A stretch of DNA of 53,861 nt, from the NCBI GenBank assembly GCA_026706695.1, contig JAPOYE010000097.1, positions 1-53,861 of the forward strand. The letters are read 5' to 3'. Source of the stretch: Candidatus Dadabacteria bacterium. Lineage in GTDB: Bacteria; Desulfobacterota_D; UBA1144; Nemesobacterales; Nemesobacteraceae. Below the pieces are notes generated by a model. That model saw nothing but the letters and a program-made list of their open reading frames with translations. It made no database searches and was not told the DNA's origin. Position numbers and translations under genes: made by a program. Each line of letters starts with the position of its first letter. Positions within the stretch are counted from its first letter, which is position 1. Below, one piece after another: positions 39,099-49,392 of the stretch.

Positions 39099-41510
39099 TC
39101 AGAAGCGCATGCGCGTAACCACACCAAAAGTACGGGGCTGACCCACTCTGTAGGCAAGACGGGCCCGTCCTCCCCGCTCGCGGTCAAACGAAAGCTTAAC
39201 GTTTTCATCCGTAATATTCTTCACGTAAGCCGTGAACTCGATATTGTCATATACCAAGCCCGCGGAAAGGTTAAACAGGTGGTATGAATCAAGCAGCAAA
39301 TCAACTTCCGTTGCCTCATCGGCAGAGGCACCCCTGTAGGGCAATCCATGTCCAAAAACTCCCCTGCCGGGAATCTGATCGCCTGACTGCGTGATGCTGT
39401 TGCCTACAAACTGCCATGAAGCCGAGAGAAAGCTTTCCCCGGCACTCAGAATACCCGGCAAAGTATAAGTGGCGGATCCTGAGAGCTGCCAGTCTGGAAC
39501 AGAAGGTATGCGGTTACCCTCCTCTATTCCCTCAACCACATCCCCACCTGCCGTCCTGATAGTGGAATCAAACTCTGCTTCTAAATAGCTTCCGGCAAAA
39601 GCGAGCAGCAAAGATCTTGTCGGTTGAATAGACAGTTCAAGCTCCGCTCCCGCAGTGTGAGATTCAGGTACGCTGATCGTAACCCTGGAAGAGCAGGGTC
39701 CCGCATCAACGTTTACACCCAGATTCTCAATATCGGTATAAAAAACCGAGCCGTTGAATGTAACACTCTCAAAGGAGGACTTAAACCCGACCTCGTAGTT
39801 CCAGAGAGTCTCATCCTCAAACTCCTGATACCCCCGGAAAGTATCATAGGCATCTCCGCAAAGCAGCTGGTTAAGCGGGTCATTAACTCCGCCGAGACGA
39901 AAGCCCCGGGAAATCTGAGCATTCACAGTAACGTTATCGTTAGCATCGTAGCTCACCATAAACCGAGGTGTAAATCCGTCGGAGGAAACCGTAATGTCCT
40001 GATTCTGGGCATCAGCATTCGAGAAACCTCCACCGGATCTGAAAGTCTTATCCTCTTCCCAGTCATACCAGCGCAGACCGGCCGTTACGTCCAGACGTTC
40101 GAGCAACGCGTAGGTCGCCTCGCCGAAAAGCGCAATCTGCCTTAAATCATATGTCAGATCGGAACTATAAGGCGAATCCACTGCATCGGGGAAGTTAGTA
40201 TCAGCCGAAGGTATAAATAACGCATCATAACCCGGAGTCGGTAAACGCTGAGAATAGTCACGCTCCACGTCGGAGTAGAAGACACCCGCAAGCCACTGAA
40301 ACGCGCCGTCATCATTTGAACTCAAGCGAAGTTCATGGGTCATCTGTTCAAGGTCGGTAGTGTCACGCAGATTGGATGGGTTTGCTACTTGATCCTCCGC
40401 AAATCCAAGGTCCACGCTCACGCTACCGGTAAGGGCACTCGCATCACGACTTACAAGAAGATCGCGGTTTATATAGCTTGCCGAGTATGTAACGTCAAAG
40501 AAGTCTTCAATGCTCCAATTTACCACGGTGTCGAAAATCAGAGTTTCATCTTCAAAAGCCTCGTCAAGCAGCAGATGCTGCTCTCTATCACCAAGCGGAG
40601 TCGGGGGATCGGTATAGGGGTTTGCAAAAAGGTTAAATACCTCGTCGCGGTTAAAACCTCCAAGATCAATGTTCTGATATATAACTCGCGGAGTAATGGA
40701 CAGGTTTTCGGTTGGCTCCCATAAAAGGGAAATACGCCCACCGTGACGGGTGCCGTCGTTTACATCCTCATCCACAGCACCCCCTTCCTTTTGCGCATCG
40801 ATGAAACCGCCGTATCTAGTACCGTAAGCAACCAAGCGAAAGGCCGCATCTTCGCCTAAAGGAACATTGAGGGCTGTTTTCAGATGACCTCCAACAGAAC
40901 CTTCGTCAAGATAATTTCCGTCAATCTCGACTTTAACCTCGTTTACACCCAAAAGCGGCTGGTTGGTTATATAGCGAACGGTACCGCCGATTGAGCCTGA
41001 TCCGAAGAGCGTGCCCTGCGGTCCCCTCAAGGTTTCCACACGGTTAAGGTCGAAAAGATCGATATCAGGAGTGAAAAGCGACAGTGATATAGGGGTTTCG
41101 TCGAGATACACGCCAACCTGTTCCTTTACGCCAGGCTGGTCCCGCACTATCTGCCCGGAAGAAACGCCGCGGATTGTGACTACGCTTTGGCCCGGCCCGA
41201 GGTTCTGTATGGAGAGTCCGGCAACGTTGCGCGAAAGATCCTCCAAGTTAGTAGTGTTAAGGCGCTCTATATCCTCTTCTGACTGAACATTCAGGGAGAA
41301 AGGCACGTCCTGAGCAAGCTGAACACGCTTGGTGGCGGTTACAAGCATTTTCCGGAGCGTGTAACTGCTCTCTTCCACCGCACTGAGATTTTCTTTCTGC
41401 TCATTCTGGCTTTTCTGCCCATCTTGGGCAACAGCATTCAGCGAAAGAACCAGCGCAAACGAGAAAACAAATGCAAAAATGGCTACGTTAAGCCGAGTCC
41501 TAAAATTCAT
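39099..41510 (-). CDS. TonB-dependent outer-membrane receptor
   Basis: The signal peptide begins MNFRTRLNVAIFAFVF, followed by a plug domain and a C-terminal beta-barrel ending in RF. I trimmed the start to the ATG at 41510, which has the RBS AAGGAGG 8 nt upstream. Confidence 0.9.
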   Translation of the reverse strand: MNFRTRLNVAIFAFVFSFALVLSLNAVAQDGQKSQNEQKENLSAVEESSYTLRKMLVTATKRVQLAQDVPFSLNVQSEEDIERLNTTNLEDLSRNVAGLSIQNLGPGQSVVTIRGVSSGQIVRDQPGVKEQVGVYLDETPISLSLFTPDIDLFDLNRVETLRGPQGTLFGSGSIGGTVRYITNQPLLGVNEVKVEIDGNYLDEGSVGGHLKTALNVPLGEDAAFRLVAYGTRYGGFIDAQKEGGAVDEDVNDGTRHGGRISLLWEPTENLSITPRVIYQNIDLGGFNRDEVFNLFANPYTDPPTPLGDREQHLLLDEAFEDETLIFDTVVNWSIEDFFDVTYSASYINRDLLVSRDASALTGSVSVDLGFAEDQVANPSNLRDTTDLEQMTHELRLSSNDDGAFQWLAGVFYSDVERDYSQRLPTPGYDALFIPSADTNFPDAVDSPYSSDLTYDLRQIALFGEATYALLERLDVTAGLRWYDWEEDKTFRSGGGFSNADAQNQDITVSSDGFTPRFMVSYDANDNVTVNAQISRGFRLGGVNDPLNQLLCGDAYDTFRGYQEFEDETLWNYEVGFKSSFESVTFNGSVFYTDIENLGVNVDAGPCSSRVTISVPESHTAGAELELSIQPTRSLLLAFAGSYLEAEFDSTIRTAGGDVVEGIEEGNRIPSVPDWQLSGSATYTLPGILSAGESFLSASWQFVGNSITQSGDQIPGRGVFGHGLPYRGASADEATEVDLLLDSYHLFNLSAGLVYDNIEFTAYVKNITDENVKLSFDRERGGRARLAYRVGQPRTFGVVTRMRF

Positions 41511-41556
41511 CTCCAAAACCTCCTTGAAATCAGCCCTTTGTCCCAACTAGTTCTAC

Positions 41557-41569
41557 ATTATTACATAAT
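41557..41569. promoter_or_regulatory. Fur-box-like inverted repeat upstream of the TonB-dependent receptor
   Basis: ATTAT-TAC-ATAAT lies 47-59 nt upstream of the receptor ATG and resembles GATAAT/ATTATC Fur hexamers. Confidence 0.25.
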
Positions 41570-41612
41570 ATTTCACATTTTAACATTCGTTTTGGAATTT
41601 GGTAGAAAAAAA

Positions 41613-41697
41613 TGCCCAGGGCCGGACTCGAACCGGCACGGGAGATACTCCCGAGGGATTTTAAGTCCCTTGCGTCTACCAATTCCGCCACCCGGGC
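41613..41697 (-). tRNA. tRNA-Leu (anticodon UAA)
   Basis: The minus strand reads GCCCGGGTGGCGGAATTGGTAGACGCAAGGGACTTAAAATCCCTCGGGAGTATCTCCCGTGCCGGTTCGAGTCCGGCCCTGGGCA. It has a 7-bp acceptor stem, a CTTAAAA anticodon loop, a long variable arm and a GGTTCGAGTCC T-loop. No CCA is encoded. Confidence 0.93.
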
Positions 41698-41721
41698 ATT
41701 ACGCTGAACGGAGTTCAGAAC

Positions 41722-41796
41722 TGGAGGCGGCGCCCGGAATCGAACCGGGGTATGACGGTTTTGCAGACCGTTGCCTTACCTCTTGGCTACGCCGCC
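41722..41796 (-). tRNA. tRNA-Cys (anticodon GCA)
   Basis: The minus strand reads GGCGGCGTAGCCAAGAGGTAAGGCAACGGTCTGCAAAACCGTCATACCCCGGTTCGATTCCGGGCGCCGCCTCCA. It is 75 nt with a U73 discriminator, and CCA is encoded. Confidence 0.93.
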
Positions 41797-41872
41797 CCTG
41801 CAACACGGAACTTTAAATTTTACCGAAAAAAAAAGTTTTGTGAATCTTGGCAAGCGACAAATCCAAGTTCCC

Positions 41873-42664
41873 TTATAACTCCGGATTGATTTCGAAGCTT
41901 CCATCAATAATCGCTTTTCCCGACAGAAAGACTCCTTTCTCAGAAAGTCTTGTATTAACGAGCCCTCCTCTTTCTGACGCCTGATAGCCCGTGAGTTCTT
42001 TTTTCCCGAGCCGGCGGCTCCAGAAAGGACAAAGGCAGCAGTGAGCAGAGCCCGTAACCGGATCCTCTTCTATCCCGGCGTTAGGAGCGAAAAAACGCGA
42101 TACGAAATCGTAGCGGTGAGAACTTGAGACGCTCGTTATTATAAGTCCCCTGGAATCAAGCCTCCTGATGTGGGCGAGTTCCGGGACAGCGCTTCTCACA
42201 GTCTCTTCGCCCTCGTAAAGAGCTATGTAATCAAAGCGGTTTCTGCCCACGTAAAGAGGCCTCTTGGAAATCGCCATAAGCAGGTCCTCCGGCATCTCAA
42301 CTTCCCAAGGGTCCTCCGAGGGAAAATCCATTTCTATGAGACCGCTTTTTCTCTTCGCGGTAAGAATCCCGCTTTTTGTGGAAAACACGGCGTCTTCCGT
42401 ATCGGGAAGGATACCGAGAGTGAAAAGAATATGGGCGCTTGCAAGGGTGGCGTGCCCGCAAAGGTCAACTTCCATCTTGGGAGTAAACCATCTGAGTTCA
42501 AAAACACCTTTTCTCTTGAGTAAAAAAGCAGTCTCTGAGAGGTTTACCCGGGAAGCGATCTCCTGTTTTGTCCGGTCGGGCACTTCTTTTTCGAGAATGC
42601 ACACAGCGGCCGGATTCCCGGAATTCGGCCCGTCGGTAAAAGCATCAACGGTATATATCCTCAT
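41873..42664 (-). CDS. PhzF-family isomerase
   Basis: About 263 aa. It has YTVDAFT, GNPAAV, ETAF, CGHATL and GSAHC blocks. Its ATG overlaps the VWA gene stop (TGATG). Confidence 0.85.
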   Translation of the reverse strand: MRIYTVDAFTDGPNSGNPAAVCILEKEVPDRTKQEIASRVNLSETAFLLKRKGVFELRWFTPKMEVDLCGHATLASAHILFTLGILPDTEDAVFSTKSGILTAKRKSGLIEMDFPSEDPWEVEMPEDLLMAISKRPLYVGRNRFDYIALYEGEETVRSAVPELAHIRRLDSRGLIITSVSSSHRYDFVSRFFAPNAGIEEDPVTGSAHCCLCPFWSRRLGKKELTGYQASERGGLVNTRLSEKGVFLSGKAIIDGSFEINPEL

Positions 42665-43878
42665 CACGCCGGGAGTCTCGACGCACCGTGGTGGCCGGGG
42701 CGCCGCTTGAGAGCCAGAATAGCGTCTTTTATACCCGAGAGCGTTAGGGGAAACATGTTGCCTTCGTAAAAATCGTTTAGCATGCCTATGCTTTCAGTCC
42801 ACCTCCACTCATCTTGTGGCACGGGGTTAAGCCACACTGTAAAAGGATATTTCGCCTTTATCCTGTTAAGCCACAGAAGGCCCGGCTCATCGTTATTGTG
42901 TTCAACGCTTCCGTTGGGATACACAAGCTCCCACGGGGACATGGAGGCGTCACCGACTATAACGCACTTGTAGTCGCCGTTGTATTTGTTGAGTACCGAA
43001 AAGGTGGGAATCTTCTCGCTGAAGCGTCTTGCGTTATTTTTCCATACGGCTTCGTATATGCAGTTGTGGAAGTAGTAGAATTCAAGGTGCTTGAACTCAT
43101 GCTTGGCGGCAGAGAAAAGCCTTGAGCAAAGCTCGACATGATCTTCCATTGAACCTCCGACGTCGAAGAACATAAGAACCTTGACGTTGTTCTTGCGTGA
43201 GGGAACAAACTCAAGGTCAAGCAGCCCCGCGTTTTTCGAAGTCCTGTCGATCGTCTTTTCAATGTCAAGCTCCTCCCCCACCCCCTCTCTCGTAAGAACC
43301 CTGAGCTTTCTAAGGGCCATTTTCATGTTCCTCACGTTTAATTCCACCGAATCGTCAAGATCGCGAAACTCTCTTTTGTCCCACACCTTGACGGCCCGCC
43401 TCTGCCTGCCTCCGTCCTGCCCTATTCGAACGCCGGCGGGATTGTAACCGTATGCACCATAGGGAGAAGTGCCGCCCGTGCCTATCCATCTGTTCCCGCC
43501 TTGGTGGCGTTTTTTCTGCTTCTCGAAAATCTCCCTCAATCTCTCCATCAATTCTTCAAGCCCGCCCATGGAACGGATCATCTGCTTATCCTCTTCGGAG
43601 AGGACGTTCTCAAAGTTTTTGCGCAGCCACTCAAGCGGAATCTGCATGAACTGCTCGGTATCGGCGAGCTGAGCCCCCCTGAAGTAAGCGGCAAAAAGCC
43701 TGTCGAACCTGTCCAGATGCCGCTCATCTTTCACCATTACGCAGCGGCTTAGATAGTAGAAATCAGTCGGGTCGTAACCGATCACGTCGCGGTCAAGGGC
43801 TTCGAGAAAAGTAAGATACTCTTTTAGGGTGACGGGAAATCCGTCGTTTTTAAGCAGCAGGAAGAAATCAAGAAACAT
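42664..43878 (-). CDS. VWA domain protein, CoxE-like
   Basis: 404 aa. The C-terminal vWA domain has a MIDAS-like FFDVGGSM. It lies 11 nt downstream of a MoxR-type ATPase gene. Confidence 0.75.
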   Translation of the reverse strand: MFLDFFLLLKNDGFPVTLKEYLTFLEALDRDVIGYDPTDFYYLSRCVMVKDERHLDRFDRLFAAYFRGAQLADTEQFMQIPLEWLRKNFENVLSEEDKQMIRSMGGLEELMERLREIFEKQKKRHQGGNRWIGTGGTSPYGAYGYNPAGVRIGQDGGRQRRAVKVWDKREFRDLDDSVELNVRNMKMALRKLRVLTREGVGEELDIEKTIDRTSKNAGLLDLEFVPSRKNNVKVLMFFDVGGSMEDHVELCSRLFSAAKHEFKHLEFYYFHNCIYEAVWKNNARRFSEKIPTFSVLNKYNGDYKCVIVGDASMSPWELVYPNGSVEHNNDEPGLLWLNRIKAKYPFTVWLNPVPQDEWRWTESIGMLNDFYEGNMFPLTLSGIKDAILALKRRPGHHGASRLPA

Positions 43879-43889
43879 GAACTTACCCC

Positions 43890-44726
43890 CTACCTTCTGA
43901 ATCTTCGCCTAATCGCCTCGAGCATCTCGTAGTCCGCCTCGTTCTTGATAAGCGCACCCGAGTAAGGAGGAAGGCTCTCTTCAATATCCACTCCCGGGAG
44001 CTCACCAGCGGCCACGCGGTCGGCCGCAAGCAGTTTTATCCAGTCTATAAGTTCGCTCGTGGAGGGCTTTTTCTTGAGACCGTCAATCTCCCTTACGGAA
44101 TAAAAGAGGGTGAGCGCGTTATTCATGAGTTTTCGCTCGAGATCGGGGTAATGCACCTTAACTATTTTCTCAAGAGTCTTGCGGTCGGGAAAAGCTATGT
44201 AGTGAAAAAAGCACCTTCTCAAAAAGGCATCCGGAAGTTCCTTTTCGTTATTCGAGGTAATTATCACTATGACTCTCTTAACCGCCTTTACGGTTTTTTT
44301 GAGCTCGTAGCAGTAAAACTCCATCCTGTCGAGCTCCAAAAGAAGATCGTTTGGAAACTCTATGTCCGCCTTGTCTATCTCGTCAATCAGAAGCACTACC
44401 TGTTCAGGACTCTCGAAAGCCTCCCAGAGCTTTCCTTTCTTTATGTAGTTCGAGATATCGTTTACCCTCTCGTCTCCGAGTTGCGAGTCGCGAAACCTGG
44501 CGACGGCGTCGTATTCGTAGAGGCCTTGCTGCGCAGTTGTGGTGGACTTTATGTGCCAGGTTATAAGTTGCTTTCCAAGGGCTTTTGCGACCTCAAACGC
44601 GAGCATGGTCTTGCCCGTTCCCGGTTCGCCCTTAACAAGTAGCGGACGCTCAAGCGTAATGGCCGCGTTAACGGCCACGGCTAAGTCGTTTGTAGCTATG
44701 TAATCGTTTGTGCCTTTGAACTTCAT
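43890..44726 (-). CDS. MoxR/CoxD-like AAA+ ATPase
   Basis: 278 aa. It has Walker A GEPGTGKT and Walker B LLIDEIDKA. Confidence 0.85.
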   Translation of the reverse strand: MKFKGTNDYIATNDLAVAVNAAITLERPLLVKGEPGTGKTMLAFEVAKALGKQLITWHIKSTTTAQQGLYEYDAVARFRDSQLGDERVNDISNYIKKGKLWEAFESPEQVVLLIDEIDKADIEFPNDLLLELDRMEFYCYELKKTVKAVKRVIVIITSNNEKELPDAFLRRCFFHYIAFPDRKTLEKIVKVHYPDLERKLMNNALTLFYSVREIDGLKKKPSTSELIDWIKLLAADRVAAGELPGVDIEESLPPYSGALIKNEADYEMLEAIRRRFRR

Positions 44727-44762
44727 TTTTCACCCACCCGCAGGGAATCTCAAGAACTCCCC

Positions 44763-45632
44763 CTACTTATTGAATACGATTGTCCTGTTTTTGTAAATCA
44801 AAATCTCCCGGTTTATATGGGACCAGATCGCGTTTGAAAGAACAAGCTTCTCAAGATCCTGCCCCTTTCTCTTGAGGTCGTCTATTGAATCATCATAGTT
44901 AACCTTTATGACATCCTGCTCTATTATGGGTCCCGAATCGAGCTCCTCGGTTACGTAATGACAGGTTGCTCCGACCACCTTAACCCCCCTTTCATACGCG
45001 GAGTGATAAGGACGCGCACCGGGAAAGGCCGGAAGAAACGAATGATGGATATTCATTATTCTGTTGGGGTAATGCGATACGAAATTCTCGGTAAAAATCT
45101 GCATATATCTTGCAAGCACTATGAAATCCACATCGTAGCGGTGAAGAAGCTCAAGCTGCTCTGCCTCCACTGCTTCCTTGTTGTCCTTTACGTCTTCGAA
45201 CACGTAGAAATCTGCTCCATGAAGACCCGCCACATCCCTGAGATCCGGATGATTGCTTATCACAAGGGGCATCTCAACGTCCCATTCCCTGGCGCGGAGT
45301 CTGTAAATTATGTCCGAGAGGCAGTGGGGAAGCTTGGAAACGAAAACCGCCATGCGCGGGATGTCTCCCGTAAAGAAAACCTCAAATTTCATGTCGAGTT
45401 TCTTCGCCACTTTCTCGCGGAAAACCTCCTCCGTCTCCTCGCGGGAGAGAGTAAAGCCGTCCATCCCCCACTTGGCCCGGATAAAGGTCACCATGTCGTT
45501 CGTGTCAACACAATGCTGCAACGCGTGGATATTACCCCCGTATTCGAATATAAAGTTGGTGACCGCGTGAACAAGACCAGGGCGATCCGGGGAGTGCACT
45601 AGCAGAATTGCTTCTTCCTGTTTTTTCGGCAT
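44763..45632 (-). CDS. purU: formyltetrahydrofolate deformylase
   Basis: 289 aa. It has an N-terminal ACT domain and a formyltransferase core (NIHHSFLPAF, ATCHYVTEELDSGPII). Confidence 0.9.
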   Translation of the reverse strand: MPKKQEEAILLVHSPDRPGLVHAVTNFIFEYGGNIHALQHCVDTNDMVTFIRAKWGMDGFTLSREETEEVFREKVAKKLDMKFEVFFTGDIPRMAVFVSKLPHCLSDIIYRLRAREWDVEMPLVISNHPDLRDVAGLHGADFYVFEDVKDNKEAVEAEQLELLHRYDVDFIVLARYMQIFTENFVSHYPNRIMNIHHSFLPAFPGARPYHSAYERGVKVVGATCHYVTEELDSGPIIEQDVIKVNYDDSIDDLKRKGQDLEKLVLSNAIWSHINREILIYKNRTIVFNK

Positions 45633-45681
45633 TTTCGATTAAGGTCCGTTTCCTGGTTTTTGGTGGCTTCCGTCTATAAGA

Positions 45682-46170
45682 TTAAGACCAAGGCTCCTTG
45701 TAGTAGTAGGTAAAGTTAGCAACCTTCGGCCGTTCCGTCCACCCTTTTTTTCTGTAAAAGCCCCGCAGATACGATGGCTTGTCCTTGCCGTTGGTCACCA
45801 TCAGACGGTAGACATCCCTTTTTTTACCCTCTTCCATAACTGCCTCGATAAGGCGGCTCCCCGCCCCCATTCCGCTTGCCGAAGGACTTACGAACAGATC
45901 CGAGACGTAGCCCTCGTAGCTTCCGAGCATAACGAACGGTACCCAGTGAACGGTGGTGAACCCGAGGACCCTTCCCCCGGAATCACATGCGACGTACATG
46001 GTGTGTCCTTCCGGATCTCCGTCTGCTTGAAGTATGAGATCCCGGATCGGAGACGACACTTCCTCAAGTGAAAGGGAGTTCCTTCTCTCGGACCAGCCGA
46101 TCTCTCTCAGTATCAGGGCCATCGCCTCCGCATCGTCGCCCGTGGCTTTTCTTACGGTGACTTCTTTCAA
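45682..46170 (-). CDS. GNAT family N-acetyltransferase
   Basis: It has an acetyl-CoA binding block (SGMGAGSRLIEA). I trimmed the start to the TTG at 46170 to avoid overlapping the upstream gene, so the start is uncertain. Confidence 0.7.
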   Translation of the reverse strand: MKEVTVRKATGDDAEAMALILREIGWSERRNSLSLEEVSSPIRDLILQADGDPEGHTMYVACDSGGRVLGFTTVHWVPFVMLGSYEGYVSDLFVSPSASGMGAGSRLIEAVMEEGKKRDVYRLMVTNGKDKPSYLRGFYRKKGWTERPKVANFTYYYKEPWS

Positions 46171-46189
46171 GGTTCTTCCTGCAACAGTA

Positions 46190-46978
46190 TCATTTTTTCT
46201 TTTTTCCCAAGGCTTCAACCAGAGCCCCGAGGCTCTCCAAAACCCCCGGGCTGCGCAGAATTTTGGGGAGTTCCCTGTCAACTTCGGTACAAGCTCCTTC
46301 TATATTCGCCACGACCTCGCGGCGAAGAGCCTTTTTAGAGAAGGCGTAACCGGGAATAAGCGACGGGCCGTACTGCCCCGCGAACTCAACGCAGTGAGAA
46401 AAAAGCTTGTCCGCTTCGTGGCTTTCATCGAAAAAACCGAGTCTGACGGCGTCGCGGGGTTCGTAAAGAAAACCTGTTGTCATGACCTGCTGCGCAATTG
46501 CCGTACCCAGCACGTAAAGCACGATCTGGGCTATCGCCGAAGGAATGGGAAAACCTATGGTGATTTCATTAAGACCGAATCTTGCTCCTGAATCAACGCA
46601 TACCCTGTAATCGCAGCAGAGAGCCAGTATAAGTCCACCCGCTATCGCGTGACCGTTTACCGCAGCCACAACAGGTCTTTCATAAGTAAAGACCCGGAGC
46701 AAAGCGCCGCGAAAACGCTCGTACCACTGCCAGATTTCCTCTTCGTCCCCAGCGGTAAAAAGCGAAAGATGGTACTTAAGATCAAGACCGGCGGAAAAAG
46801 CCCTCTGAGAAGAGGTAAGCACCACCGGGCTTTCCGTGTGATCGCTCTCAAGCGTCGTGAAAGCCTCTTCAAGATCGCTGAAGAAGCCTTCGCCCATGAC
46901 GTTCATCGGGTTTGAGTTCATGCGCACGACCGCGACGTCACCAATTCTTTCAATTTCCCAGCTCATAATGTTTCTCAA
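46190..46978 (-). CDS. enoyl-CoA hydratase/isomerase family protein
   Basis: 262 aa with a crotonase fold (FSAGLDLK, VAAVNGHAIAGG). The start may be the ATG at 46966. Confidence 0.8.
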   Translation of the reverse strand: MRNIMSWEIERIGDVAVVRMNSNPMNVMGEGFFSDLEEAFTTLESDHTESPVVLTSSQRAFSAGLDLKYHLSLFTAGDEEEIWQWYERFRGALLRVFTYERPVVAAVNGHAIAGGLILALCCDYRVCVDSGARFGLNEITIGFPIPSAIAQIVLYVLGTAIAQQVMTTGFLYEPRDAVRLGFFDESHEADKLFSHCVEFAGQYGPSLIPGYAFSKKALRREVVANIEGACTEVDRELPKILRSPGVLESLGALVEALGKKKK

Positions 46979-46996
46979 TTCGCCCGAGCACCGAAA

Positions 46997-48703
46997 TCAG
47001 ACCCTTTTGCCCTCCGAGCGGCGGCTCCATGAATCCCTAAGAGAAACCGTCCTGTTAAAAACGGGCGCGCCAGAAGCCGAATCCACGGAATCAAGGATGA
47101 AATATCCCTTCCTCTCAAACTGGTAGTTAATCCCCCGCGGATTGTTCACATTCACAAGAGCCGGTTCGGCCACGCAGTCTTCAAGGACCTGCAGTGAATC
47201 GGGATTTAGAAATTCGGTGAATTCCCTCTGTTTGTCGGCCATAGGATTGGGAACGGTAAAAAGTCTGTCGTAGAGCCTTACGGTCACCCTCGAGGCGTTT
47301 TTCGCACAAACCCAGTGTATGGTGCCTCTTACCTTCCTTCCGTCAGGCGCGCTCCCGCCTCTTGTTTCGGGGTCGTATTCACAGTGAACCTCAGTTACCT
47401 CTCCGGTCGTCGGGTCGCGCTCAAAACCCACGCACCTCACTATGTAGGCGTAGCGCAGGCGCACTTCGGAACCGGGGGAGAGCCTGTAGAACTTTTTCGG
47501 AGGATCCTCCATGAAATCATCCCTTTCAATGAAAAGCTCTTTTGAGAAAGGGACTTTTCTTTTTCCCATGGAGGGATCTTCCGGATTGTTTACCGCTTCG
47601 AGCTCCTCTTCTGCGTCTTCGGGATAATTGATTATCACCACTTTCAGCGGGTCAAGCACCGCCATAACCCTCTGCGCCCTCTTGTTAAGATCCTCCCTTA
47701 CGCTGTGCTCAAGAAGCTCCACGTCTATTAGGCTGTCCTGCTTCGTGATGCCTATTTTCCGGCAGAAATCCCTTATCGACTCAGGCGTGTACCCTCTTCT
47801 GCGCAACCCCGAGATCGTGGGCATCCTGGGATCGTCCCACCCGCTTACGTATCCCTCGGAAACCAGCTTCATGAGGTTTCTCTTGCTGAGAACCGTGTAG
47901 CTGAGGTTGAGCCTCGCGAACTCAATCTGCTGGGAATGATATATGCCTAGCTGGGCGATAAACCAGTCGTAAAGAGGCCGGTGGTCCTCAAACTCAAGAG
48001 TGCAGAGCGAATGTGTGATGCCCTCAATGGAGTCGCTCTGTCCGTGGGCCCAGTCATACATCGGATAAATGGACCAGTAATCCTCGGTACGGGCATGGGA
48101 CTCCTTCATTATCCGGTACATGACCGGGTCGCGCATGTTAATATTGCCCGAAGCCATGTCTATTTTCGCCCGAAGCACGTACTGTCCATCGTCGAAATCC
48201 CCGTCTCTCATAGCCCGGAAAAGCTTAAGGTTCTCCTCAACAGATCTCTCCCTTGAAGGGCTCTCCCTGCCGGGTTCCGAAAGCGTTCCCCGGTATTCTC
48301 TTATTTCCTCAGCGCTCAGATCGTCCACGTAGGCCTTCCCCTCGCTTATCAGCCTAAGGGCGTATTCATAGAGCTGCTCGAAATAATCAGAGGCGTAATA
48401 GGTCCTGTCTTCCCAGTCAAACCCGAGCCACCTGACGTCTTCCTTGATAGCCTCCTCATATCTTACGTCTTCCTTTGAGGGGTTTGTATCGTCAAAGCGC
48501 AGGTTGCATGTTCCGCCGAATTCCTCGGCTATACCGAAATTAAGACATATGGATTTCGCATGGCCTATATGGAGATAGCCGTTGGGCTCGGGGGGGAAAC
48601 GGGTGACGGGCTTTGCGATACCGGCCTGAAGATCGCTTCTTATCCTGGCTCTTATGAAATCCTCGGATTCCGGAGATCCGTCTTTGTCCGTCTTCGATTT
48701 CAT
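46997..48703 (-). CDS. glnS: glutamine--tRNA ligase
   Basis: It has the HIGH motif [14 protein letters not shown], the KMSKS-like VLSKR, and a GlnRS-type C-terminal anticodon-binding domain. I trimmed the start to the ATG at 48703. Confidence 0.92.
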   Translation of the reverse strand: MKSKTDKDGSPESEDFIRARIRSDLQAGIAKPVTRFPPEPNGYLHIGHAKSICLNFGIAEEFGGTCNLRFDDTNPSKEDVRYEEAIKEDVRWLGFDWEDRTYYASDYFEQLYEYALRLISEGKAYVDDLSAEEIREYRGTLSEPGRESPSRERSVEENLKLFRAMRDGDFDDGQYVLRAKIDMASGNINMRDPVMYRIMKESHARTEDYWSIYPMYDWAHGQSDSIEGITHSLCTLEFEDHRPLYDWFIAQLGIYHSQQIEFARLNLSYTVLSKRNLMKLVSEGYVSGWDDPRMPTISGLRRRGYTPESIRDFCRKIGITKQDSLIDVELLEHSVREDLNKRAQRVMAVLDPLKVVIINYPEDAEEELEAVNNPEDPSMGKRKVPFSKELFIERDDFMEDPPKKFYRLSPGSEVRLRYAYIVRCVGFERDPTTGEVTEVHCEYDPETRGGSAPDGRKVRGTIHWVCAKNASRVTVRLYDRLFTVPNPMADKQREFTEFLNPDSLQVLEDCVAEPALVNVNNPRGINYQFERKGYFILDSVDSASGAPVFNRTVSLRDSWSRRSEGKRV

Positions 48704-48812
48704 GGTTATGCGCGATAATGCCCACAGGACAAGAGGATGAAGTTCCAAGTTGCGGACCCTAGGTGACCCTCTTTTTCCTTCCGGGCGGTCCCACGCGGCA
48801 GAGGAAACCGCA

Positions 48813-49367
48813 CTATTTCCATTTTATGTTGCACCCGATGCTCGGAATCTGCTCCCATTCAATTGCCTGGCCCGCTATAATGGAGTCGAGTGCCATACGC
48901 ATATCCTTTCCGGTAACCGGTTTTCCGTTCCCGGGTCTTGAGTCGTCAAACTGCCCCCTGTATATGCACTTCAGGTCGCGGTCGTAAACGAAAAAGTCGG
49001 GGGTGCAGGCGGCGTCATAGGCCTTGGCGATTTCCTGCGTCTCATCGAACAGATAGGGAAACGAGTATCCCTTTTCCTCTGCGACTTCCTTCATCCTCTC
49101 GGGAGAATCGTCAGGATAGTTCTCAACGTCGTTTGAATTTATCGCTATGAAGGAAACTCCCTTGGAAATGTACTCATCGGCAACTTCCACCAGCCCATCC
49201 TGCAGGTGCTTTACGTAAGGACAGTGGTTGCATATAAACATAAGAACCGTGGCAACATCCGACTTGAGATCGCCAAGCGACAGTTCGCCGCCGCTTACAA
49301 CATCCGGCAATCGGAAGTCAGGAGCCTCGCTCCCCAAGGGAATCATCGTCGATAGAGTCTTAACCAT
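48813..49367 (-). CDS. thioredoxin-fold thiol-disulfide oxidoreductase (AhpC/TSA-like)
   Basis: 184 aa with the CxxC motif CNHCPY in a thioredoxin-like fold pattern. Confidence 0.75.
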   Translation of the reverse strand: MVKTLSTMIPLGSEAPDFRLPDVVSGGELSLGDLKSDVATVLMFICNHCPYVKHLQDGLVEVADEYISKGVSFIAINSNDVENYPDDSPERMKEVAEEKGYSFPYLFDETQEIAKAYDAACTPDFFVYDRDLKCIYRGQFDDSRPGNGKPVTGKDMRMALDSIIAGQAIEWEQIPSIGCNIKWK

Positions 49368-49392
49368 TTTTATCTTCTCCTAAGTTCTTAGG

